The translations under genes and the position numbers were made by a program. The notes under the pieces are model-generated. The model had not been told where the DNA came from, did not search any database, and saw only the letters and a program-made list of their open reading frames with translations. From Candidatus Nomurabacteria bacterium (GTDB taxonomy: Bacteria > Patescibacteriota > Saccharimonadia > Saccharimonadales > Saccharimonadaceae), in NCBI GenBank assembly GCA_031255735.1, contig JAIRRY010000026.1:13524-77523 (forward strand): a stretch of DNA of 64,000 nt, written 5' to 3'. Below are positions 49,888 to 57,645 of this stretch, piece by piece. Every line of letters starts with the position of its first letter. The stretch's first letter is position 1.

Positions 49888-51198
49888 TTACGGCGTTAGC
49901 CTCTTGATGTCACGCGGGAAAAGCGTGGCTTCTTTGATATTAGCTAGCCCTAAAATCTTCTCAGTCAAGCGTTCCAGCCCCATGCCAAAACCGCCGTGAA
50001 CGGGCATGCCATATTTAAAGGCCATTAGGTAATACTTAAAACCTGGGTCTTCAGGATCGCCGCCAGCTAGCGTTTTAAGCTGCTCGACCAATACGTCGTA
50101 ACGGTTTTCGCGCATACTGATAGTGGCAATTTCTAAGCCACGGAATAGTAGGTCGGCGCGCTCGGCTAGTTTCGGATTTTCGGCATTTTTACGGTGATAA
50201 AACTTCATGCTATCCGCTGGCCAATCCACCACAAACACTGCTTCGCTGCCTAGATTTTTCTTGGCGTAGTCACACACCCAGCGCTCTTCGTCGGGCGTTA
50301 GGTCTTTCTCATCGGTGATAGGCTCTTTGGTTGCCTTGGTGTATTTTTCGTGAATTTCAGCCATGCTCATACGCGGAATTTCAGTTGATAATTTAGCTTT
50401 ACTAGCATTCCAGCGCTTTAGCTCGGTTTCGTACTGACTCCAAGTATCATCTACTACGCGGTGTAAAAGCCCGCCCACTGTGCCCAGTAAGTCATCGAAA
50501 GTGATAAATCCCATTTCAGCGTCAATGGTCATAAACTCCGTCATGTGACGCGGAGTCGCGCTTGGCTCTGCGCGGTAAGTTTTACCAATTTCATACACCC
50601 GCTCAAAAACTCCCACCATTTCCTGCTTGTAGAATTGTGCGCTCTGCGCCAAAGTGGCGGTTTTACCAAAATAATCCATCTTGAAAACCTCGGCACCGCC
50701 TTCTGTCGGCTCTGAAAGCAGTTTTGGCGTGCTCATTTCGGTAAATTCGTTATCGCGGAAGTACTCACGGGCGCTACGCATAATAGCCGCTTGCACCTTA
50801 AAAATAGTTTGCTCTTGCAGGTTGCGCAAACCAATTACACGGTTATCAAATAACGTATCTAAGTTTTCTGATTTATGATCAAGTGGCTTGTCGATTTCAA
50901 TAGGCGGCTCGTCGGTTACGGGCACTAGCACGTTCACTTTCACATCATGCAGTTCTACGCCACCTGGCGCACGCTCATCTGCTACTACAGCACCCGTAAG
51001 TTCAACTACTGTGCCAATCTGTAGACCACGAAGTTTTTCCAACTCATATTTATCTTCGGCCAAGCTTTGAGCAATGCCGCTACGGTCGCGTATGGTTAGA
51101 AAGTTTAGGCCGCCCAACAAGCGTTTTTTGTGTAGCCAGCCCTGAATGGTCGCGGTGCTACCCACACTTTTTGGCAAATCTCTAATAAGTGTTCTCAT
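49888..51198 (-). CDS. class IIb aminoacyl-tRNA synthetase (archaeal-type AspRS or AsnRS)
   Basis: 436 aa with an N-terminal OB fold (TIQGWLHKKRLLGGLNFLTIRDRSG), motif 2 FRAEPSATPRHMTEFMTIDAEM and motif 3 GGFGMGLERL. Asp versus Asn specificity is not resolvable by eye. Confidence 0.85.
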   Translation of the reverse strand: MRTLIRDLPKSVGSTATIQGWLHKKRLLGGLNFLTIRDRSGIAQSLAEDKYELEKLRGLQIGTVVELTGAVVADERAPGGVELHDVKVNVLVPVTDEPPIEIDKPLDHKSENLDTLFDNRVIGLRNLQEQTIFKVQAAIMRSAREYFRDNEFTEMSTPKLLSEPTEGGAEVFKMDYFGKTATLAQSAQFYKQEMVGVFERVYEIGKTYRAEPSATPRHMTEFMTIDAEMGFITFDDLLGTVGGLLHRVVDDTWSQYETELKRWNASKAKLSTEIPRMSMAEIHEKYTKATKEPITDEKDLTPDEERWVCDYAKKNLGSEAVFVVDWPADSMKFYHRKNAENPKLAERADLLFRGLEIATISMRENRYDVLVEQLKTLAGGDPEDPGFKYYLMAFKYGMPVHGGFGMGLERLTEKILGLANIKEATLFPRDIKRLTP

Positions 51199-51280
51199 TC
51201 ATATCTCCTTAAGTTATATTGTACCACTCTTAAAGGGAAAAGAGCAGCCCGAGCATCTGGTTCTACTAGCGCACGGCTCG

Positions 51281-51307
51281 TTGAGAAAAACCGTAGGTTC
51301 GTCTCAA
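51281..51307. repeat. decayed inverted copy of the 22364-22402 hairpin module
   Basis: TTGAGAAAAACC-GTA-GGTTCGTCTCAA. The flanking AAGGGAAAAGAGCAG (51233-51247) is the reverse complement of CTGCTCTTTTCCCTT near 22430. On the minus strand, TGGTACAAT follows upstream of the synthetase gene. Confidence 0.5.
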
Positions 51308-51321
51308 AAGTGTCATCATTT

Positions 51322-52317
51322 TCATACATCAACACCGCCCCGAGGGCGATTATTCGGTTGACGGTTCGCTACGGCTTTTGCGTCGTCATCGGCGTCAAAA
51401 TCGTCACGAAGATCACGGCCAAGCAGCGACTCCATAAGATCACGTAAAGTTAGAATACCCATGGTTTCGCGTTCTTTGTTTATCACCACGAACAGGTTTT
51501 GCTTGGTACGCGCAAAAGCACTCAAGGCGTACTCCAAACTGTGATCTTCGCGGATGTAATAAACCTTTTTTCGCATGGCCTGCTCAGCAGTTAGCGAATT
51601 TTTAATATCGGTGTTCATCAAGTTACGAATCTGCAAAACGCCTACGATATGATTTTTGTCTTTTTTTATAACTGGAAATGTGCCAAAAGTAGTTTGGTGC
51701 AAGCGATCAAGCACCAACGGCCCTAGAACTTCCTTAGCTTCTATGAATTTTACCTTTTCAGCTGGAACCATGGTGTCGTGTACTACCTTATTACTAAACT
51801 GCAAGGCGCTCAGCATAATGGTTTTTTCGCTTTCACTTACAATATCTTCGCCGATCGCCTCAATCTGGTTACGCAGTTCTTCCTTCGACGAAGTTTTTTT
51901 GAAAGTTTCTTCGCTCAGGTCTTCAAAAAAGTTGAAAACAGGCGCTAAGTTTTTTACAAGTTTTAGCAGCGCAGGCTCGATTTTATCATAAAGTTTAGTT
52001 ATCAGCCGCTGGAAAGTTTTAATTTTGCCAATTGGCCCTAAGCAGACCGCTACCAAACCACCAATAAACAACGCCGTAACTATTCCATACAGGTTGATAG
52101 CCACACCAATAAATACTAGTGCCAGAATCAACATAATCAAGCGTTTAAAGAACAGTACACTGGGTAGTAAACGCTCACGCTCTAGTACCTTTTTCGCCGC
52201 TTTATCACCACTACTAGCTCTTCTATCTAGCTCAAACAAGCTCATACTACTACGCGCAGGGCGAACATATCTCAGTAAAACCACTAGCAAAAATAGAGTA
52301 ACCAATAAAACTACCAT
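51322..52317 (-). CDS. CBS-pair membrane protein (CNNM/CorC-like, DUF21-type N-terminus)
   Basis: 331 aa with N-terminal TM helices. Tandem CBS motifs follow (VHDTMVPAEKVKFI...FPVIKKDKNHIVGVLQIRNL and AMRKKVYYIRED...LFVVINKERETMGILTLRDLM). Confidence 0.7.
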   Translation of the reverse strand: MVVLLVTLFLLVVLLRYVRPARSSMSLFELDRRASSGDKAAKKVLERERLLPSVLFFKRLIMLILALVFIGVAINLYGIVTALFIGGLVAVCLGPIGKIKTFQRLITKLYDKIEPALLKLVKNLAPVFNFFEDLSEETFKKTSSKEELRNQIEAIGEDIVSESEKTIMLSALQFSNKVVHDTMVPAEKVKFIEAKEVLGPLVLDRLHQTTFGTFPVIKKDKNHIVGVLQIRNLMNTDIKNSLTAEQAMRKKVYYIREDHSLEYALSAFARTKQNLFVVINKERETMGILTLRDLMESLLGRDLRDDFDADDDAKAVANRQPNNRPRGGVDV

Positions 52318-52363
52318 ATTTATAGTATACAGTATTATGTTAGAATAGATAAAAAGGAGTTAT

Positions 52364-53062
52364 ATGGGAAAAGGTACTTGGATTGCTCTTGGGATTATTG
52401 TCGTGACGTTTATTGGGCTGTTTAGTTGGTCGATTATGAGCAACACAAAAGTGGATGTTTCAGATATTAAAAGCGATCGGGTTTTGCCTGCTAGCGAGTC
52501 GAATGGTGATATCGCCGATCACTATCTTGGCAACAAGGATGCTAAGATAGTAGTTATTGAATACGGCGACTACCAATGTTATGGCTGTTCGCAACTTTCG
52601 CCACGCCTTAACACACTCATGGAAAATTATAAAGACAACGTAGCGCTAGTTTATCGCAATTTCGTGATCGACGGCCACCAAAATAGCCGCTTTGCTATTG
52701 CTTGCGCCGAAGCGGCTGGCTTTCAGGGTAAATATTGGGAAATGCACGACATCATCTTCAAGCAGCAAGCCAGCTGGACAGACGCGTCCATTGAGCAACG
52801 TTTGGGTATTTTTACTGACCTCGCAAAAACCATCGGCTTAAATGTTGATCAGTTCAAGAAAGACATCGAATCGCCGCGCATCAATAAAAAGATTGAAACC
52901 GATATAGCACTAGCCAAAAAGGAGAAAATTGCTGGCACGCCTAGCCTATTTGTGAACGGCAAGTTAGTAAGCAGCGACATTTGGGGCACAGATTCAAAGT
53001 TCAAGGAATATCTAAACGCCGAGTTGAAGAAACTTGGCCTAGAAGTGCCTAAAGAAAAGTAA
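52364..53062 (+). CDS. DsbA-family thiol:disulfide oxidoreductase, membrane-anchored
   Basis: N-terminal TM, active site YGDYQCYGCSQL (CxxC), and cis-Pro loop GTPSLFVNGK. Confidence 0.8.
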   Translation: MGKGTWIALGIIVVTFIGLFSWSIMSNTKVDVSDIKSDRVLPASESNGDIADHYLGNKDAKIVVIEYGDYQCYGCSQLSPRLNTLMENYKDNVALVYRNFVIDGHQNSRFAIACAEAAGFQGKYWEMHDIIFKQQASWTDASIEQRLGIFTDLAKTIGLNVDQFKKDIESPRINKKIETDIALAKKEKIAGTPSLFVNGKLVSSDIWGTDSKFKEYLNAELKKLGLEVPKEK

Positions 53063-53089
53063 GCATTCCAACCCAATGGCTGGTAAAGG

Positions 53090-54256
53090 CTATAGTTTTA
53101 TCATCTTACTTCTTTTTGCTGCTTTTTTTGACATAAACGCTAAACCGCTCACCAAGGCTACTGCAAAACTAGCTCCGCCAGTTACGATACCTGGCTCCAA
53201 GCGCGCCAAACCCGTATCTGGCACTCCTACTACTGGAGGGTTTTCCTTAGATTCATAACCACCTAGCGCTAAGCAACGAACAGATTGACCAAGGCTACGA
53301 ACCCCACCGGAGGTACTAAAATCGTCTGCTCTAATCGCCACTCCAGAAGCAAAACCAGCACGCGCCAATGAAGACCAATAGTCACTGCGGTAACCTTGCA
53401 AGTCGAAACTACTATGCCACCAACCCGACAATATACCTCTAAATGGCCCCGTTACTTGCCAATTGGCATAAAATCTACCGTCTGTGCTAGGCGAAGAAGC
53501 ATCTGGATCATTCATTTTAGCGTTAAGCCAAGCAAATTCTCCACTTGAGCTGCCAGTGGGTAATCTCCACCCCCTAGGACAAATACTGTTAGGTGCTACA
53601 TTATTATTGGTGCCATCGCCCGGCATGGTAGTGGTAGTTTCACCAGCTGTAACGGCACTCCAGTTATAAAGATAACCGTAGTTGGTTGCGCCCACTCCAG
53701 TATCACCCAATACAGGACCGTAAACACCTGGTATGTCATTACTTCTAGCGCCAGTGGTTTGTTTAGCTGGAATATTGAAATTGGCGATGGTATTAAGGTC
53801 GGTATCGGCAGCACTAGCATTGTAGTTATCTATCTTGAGATTGTCTATCATCCAACAGTTATTATCTGGCATTTTGCGAATATCGTATGTTTGGTTGTTT
53901 CTGGTGTCAATAAGGGTTAGTGTGCTTGCAGGATCGGGGTTAGTTTTATCGTAAGCAGGCATACTCGTACAGTACTTCTGCGTCATTTCCTGCATAGTAA
54001 TGGGTTTTGTTGGCGCTAGCGGAGTTATACCTGTACTGATGGCTCCCACCACCTGCCCACCTGTAGCTGAACTAGTACTAGGATTAACATCACTGATCAC
54101 GATAGCCTCAGCGCGGTTAATCGTAAAACTGGTTATAAAAGTACTAATTGTATAAGCCAACACCACGAGCGCGGCGGCCGCTATGAAAGCTTTTCGCCAA
54201 TTTCCAGTTAATGATAAGGTTTTATAAAAGTTGGTTCTAGTTTTAGGTATAAACAT
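53090..54256 (-). CDS. surface protein with Fibrobacter-type (FISUMP) domain and PxTG sorting-signal-like C-terminus
   Basis: IDTRNNQTYDIRKMPDNNCWMIDNL, GYLYNWSAV and ICPRGWRLPTGSSSGEF. The C-terminal VPDTG is followed by a hydrophobic stretch and a basic tail (KKAAKRSK). Confidence 0.7.
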   Translation of the reverse strand: MFIPKTRTNFYKTLSLTGNWRKAFIAAAALVVLAYTISTFITSFTINRAEAIVISDVNPSTSSATGGQVVGAISTGITPLAPTKPITMQEMTQKYCTSMPAYDKTNPDPASTLTLIDTRNNQTYDIRKMPDNNCWMIDNLKIDNYNASAADTDLNTIANFNIPAKQTTGARSNDIPGVYGPVLGDTGVGATNYGYLYNWSAVTAGETTTTMPGDGTNNNVAPNSICPRGWRLPTGSSSGEFAWLNAKMNDPDASSPSTDGRFYANWQVTGPFRGILSGWWHSSFDLQGYRSDYWSSLARAGFASGVAIRADDFSTSGGVRSLGQSVRCLALGGYESKENPPVVGVPDTGLARLEPGIVTGGASFAVALVSGLAFMSKKAAKRSKMIKL

Positions 54257-54394
54257 AAAGAGAATATCACTTTCTCTCTCGCTTAGGTTAATTTATATCC
54301 CGTATTTTTACTCTATATCTTAGTTACTATTTAAACCTAAGGCACTCTATGATACTATCATACAGAGCCTTTCAAAACGTGTCAAGAAATGCTA

Positions 54395-54434
54395 TAAAAA
54401 AGAACCCCTCGGTGCCTTGAGGGGGTTCTTTTTA
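54395..54434 (-). terminator. hairpin terminator (bidirectional shape)
   Basis: AAAAAA-GAACCCCTC-loop-GAGGGGGTTC-TTTTT. Confidence 0.65.
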
Positions 54435-54799
54435 GATTTAATGTCAGCAAAAGTAAAGCAATACCAATGCGGACAGTTGATTACTGTTCGATATACAGTT
54501 GCCATTCGGCAGGCACCACGTCAACTTCAATCTTTTTACTCCTCGAAGGAGCAAAATTGACTGTAATTGGCATGTTCTCCTTTTTGGTTTGGTAACTCCT
54601 TACCAAACACATTTAAAACACACTCCTTGCCGTTCGACCTTCATCATTTAAATTTGACAAAGAGCGATATTAATTATATCAAAACATGTGGCAACAGTCA
54701 AGAGTCTGCGCTGCGTTTAAGCGCTAGTACTTACATACTATACCACTTATACACCTTATGCAAGGCTTTTTTCATAAAAACTTTATTCTGTTGTACTTT

Positions 54800-55315
54800 T
54801 TACAACTCTAAGCCAGTTCCACGCTCATCTTTTGGTAGGCTATATTTGCGTGCGTATATCAAGTAAAGAGAAGTTCCAACACCTGCAACTGCAATTCCGC
54901 CCGCTATATCTAGCGGCGAGTGCACCAGTGCCATAAGCCGCCCTGCCGACACCGAGCAAGCAAGAAGCAGCATCACAACACCCCACTTCTTGTAGCGAGT
55001 CATAAATAGCACCATAAAGGCCGCCGAAAAGGCCAGCAACGTGTGATCTGACGGGAACGGTGAATCATCGGAATGATCAACCAAAGCGGTTTTACCCTGC
55101 TGCTCGTACGGCCGCGAAGTTTCAATTGGCACGAAGTGCAAAGCCTGCCCGATCACAAACGCCACCATGAACGCCGCGCCCACAAAAGCTATTTTCGTAA
55201 TTCGCTGCTTGCTACCTTCAGTTTTGATAAGTTCTAATAAAAACAGTCCGCCAGATACCAGAACCATCACAAAAACCATGTATTCTGCTAAAAACTTGAT
55301 GATCGCTTCCGTCAT
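54800..55315 (-). CDS. PAP2-family lipid phosphatase
   Basis: FPSDHT and SAGRLMALVHSPLDIAGG (PAP2 motifs C2 and C3). Length 171 aa with about 5 TM. Confidence 0.75.
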   Translation of the reverse strand: MTEAIIKFLAEYMVFVMVLVSGGLFLLELIKTEGSKQRITKIAFVGAAFMVAFVIGQALHFVPIETSRPYEQQGKTALVDHSDDSPFPSDHTLLAFSAAFMVLFMTRYKKWGVVMLLLACSVSAGRLMALVHSPLDIAGGIAVAGVGTSLYLIYARKYSLPKDERGTGLEL

Positions 55316-56403
55316 CGCTTAAACAGCCCTGAGTGGCGCTTACCGTCGTAAAGCGTGGTTGGGATCATTTTTACTCTCACCTGTTCTTCCGCCACTTTCT
55401 TGTTATTCTTGATTACGCTGGCCACCTGACTCGATGCGGCCAGATCTTTAATTTCAACCACATCGGCGTCCGAGTAGCCAAATTCCAAGAGCCAACTGGC
55501 TAAAGTTTCTTCTACTTTCGCGCTGTCGTAGGTTTCGTCGCTGTTAAACACATCTTGCCAGTTCTGGTCTTTGTCGTTGTAGCCCGTGAAGATTTTCTCC
55601 ATGATGAGCCAGCTAGTTGGATGAGCTTGACCCTTCAGCGGCTTGTAGTGAGCAGCCACTATGTAACGCGCCACCACGCCAGAGTTTTTGAAGCGATAGC
55701 CGTTGTTGTTGCCTGGGATGGTATATGGCAGAAGCGCCACATTATACCTATCGAAAAATCCGCTCGTTTTTTGGGCGATAAATGAACTGCGACACACAAA
55801 ACAGCCTGGATCGAAAATTTCTAGCGCCACAGGTTTATTGGCATCATACTTGTTATAATAATCGGCCGTTTCAGGCACATAGTCTTTAGCCTCCCAATGC
55901 TGAATGCGGGCTGGGATATCGCTAGCTAGCGTGCCCCATTCGGTGAACCACGCGCCAATACCCGCCCAGAAACCCTTAGTGCTATCATCTTCAACTGCGC
56001 AGAATTCGCTTTCACCAAGCACACAACCCGATGGATTCGACACGTTGCACGTGCCATAAACATACAACGATAAACCACTTTTTACGGCCGTGAGCAAACT
56101 CCACACCGTAACCAACACGATCAATACGGCTACTACCTCAATAGTAATACTAAGTGGCTTAACCCATTTTGGCCTACGCACAATCACTTTTTTGAGTATG
56201 CTGTTTTTAATTTCGTCTTTGAAGGTAGACTCGCACTTTTGCAAAGTGGCGCGTTTGCCTACACAGTACCAAGATTTTTTGAACATTTTGAAATAAGGCG
56301 CGACCAATTTAGCGACTTTCTTGTTGTATCTACCAATAACCGAAAGCGCCAAAACGGGCACTGAAACGATGGCCAAAATTATAAATGCAGCAATACAAAC
56401 CAT
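55312..56403 (-). CDS. membrane-anchored thioredoxin-fold (DsbA-like) protein with extra Cys pairs
   Basis: Two TM helices, CxxC site FDPGCFVCRSSF, and cis-Pro loop MIPTTLYDGKRHSG. Additional Cys clusters are present (WYCVGKRATLQKC, GTCNVSNPSGCVLGESEFC). Confidence 0.6.
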   Translation of the reverse strand: MVCIAAFIILAIVSVPVLALSVIGRYNKKVAKLVAPYFKMFKKSWYCVGKRATLQKCESTFKDEIKNSILKKVIVRRPKWVKPLSITIEVVAVLIVLVTVWSLLTAVKSGLSLYVYGTCNVSNPSGCVLGESEFCAVEDDSTKGFWAGIGAWFTEWGTLASDIPARIQHWEAKDYVPETADYYNKYDANKPVALEIFDPGCFVCRSSFIAQKTSGFFDRYNVALLPYTIPGNNNGYRFKNSGVVARYIVAAHYKPLKGQAHPTSWLIMEKIFTGYNDKDQNWQDVFNSDETYDSAKVEETLASWLLEFGYSDADVVEIKDLAASSQVASVIKNNKKVAEEQVRVKMIPTTLYDGKRHSGLFKR

Positions 56404-57566
56404 TAGTTGAACGTCCTCTCTAGTACTCGCTCGGCTTTTTCGATGTCGGCGTCAGTATTGTGGTGGCCCAGCGAGAACCTAAGCAACGGCGGATAGTGCA
56501 TGGCGTGATTTAGATAGTGGTGGCAGCAGAAATAGCCGCTGCGTGCCATAATACCTTCCGTGCTAAGGCCTTCGGCCAGTAAGTGAGCGTCAATCTTGTC
56601 GTGGTAGAATGCCATAGTAGTACTAGGAGCTTCAGTGGTTAAGTGCACACCTGGCTGGCTTTTTAGGAAACTATGCAGGCGCTCTGATAGTTCATACACG
56701 CGACTTTTCTTTTCAGCTTTTTCTAGCCAATCAATCGCCTCGCCTAACGCTATAATTTCACCCCAAGCCTGCAAACCAGGCTCAAAAATGGTGTAAATAT
56801 GTTGCGGCGAATTGGCTGAGAGCACATACTCGCTCTCGGTTACGTCGTCCACCATACCGCCACCGATAAAAGTGATATTGATGCGCTCAAGCAGGCTTTT
56901 GCAAACCACCATCACGCCTAAACTTGCAGAGTACATCTTGTGCGCCGAGAAACAGATCGCATCAGCCTCAAGTTTTTCAAGATTTTTATGATAGTGCGCC
57001 ATGCTTTGTGCGGCGTCGATAACGATGATACCGCCAGCTTTGTGTACGGCTTTAACAACTGCGTGCGCGTTACCGAGCGCGCGGCCGTCAATGTTTGAAT
57101 TGGTATTAACCACCACTAGCGCGTGATCGAAATCGGCGTTTGCGAGATTGATCGATCCATCGGGCTCACGTTCTAACACTACGCGAGGCATGCCGTGCCT
57201 ACGCGCAAAAGCAATGGTACTGAGAAACGGCGAATTGTGCTCAATATCTGTGGTTACCACTTGCTTAATACCCGCGGGGTCGAGTTGGTTTAAAATCAAG
57301 TTTATGCCATATGTTGTGTTAAGCGTAAAACTGGTGAAATAGTCGCGCGGTGAAAGCTTTAAAAATTTTAAAACCTTATCGCGAGTATCTTCAACGGCGG
57401 TATCAACTTTTTTTCCCCAAGCATATTTAACACGTTCCCCGCAACTATTATATTCACGGTAATATTCGTTTAAGGCTTTAATGACTGGTTCGGGGCGCAA
57501 AGTTTGACATGCGCAGTCTAGATAAACTTCGTCGTCACCTAAGTAGCCAAAACTGTCTGAACGCAT
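56403..57566 (-). CDS. class V aminotransferase-fold PLP enzyme (cysteine desulfurase-like)
   Basis: YLDCACQTLRPEPV, PLP-Lys context FSAHKMY, and C-terminal RSGYFCCHH (candidate catalytic Cys). Confidence 0.7.
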   Translation of the reverse strand: MRSDSFGYLGDDEVYLDCACQTLRPEPVIKALNEYYREYNSCGERVKYAWGKKVDTAVEDTRDKVLKFLKLSPRDYFTSFTLNTTYGINLILNQLDPAGIKQVVTTDIEHNSPFLSTIAFARRHGMPRVVLEREPDGSINLANADFDHALVVVNTNSNIDGRALGNAHAVVKAVHKAGGIIVIDAAQSMAHYHKNLEKLEADAICFSAHKMYSASLGVMVVCKSLLERINITFIGGGMVDDVTESEYVLSANSPQHIYTIFEPGLQAWGEIIALGEAIDWLEKAEKKSRVYELSERLHSFLKSQPGVHLTTEAPSTTMAFYHDKIDAHLLAEGLSTEGIMARSGYFCCHHYLNHAMHYPPLLRFSLGHHNTDADIEKAERVLERTFN

Positions 57567-57645
57567 AGTAAACTCACCTCCTTTATCGCGTTTCTAGTAT
57601 ATCAGTTTTAACTTTGAGATATAAGAGCTTTTGCTAAGAAGCGCG

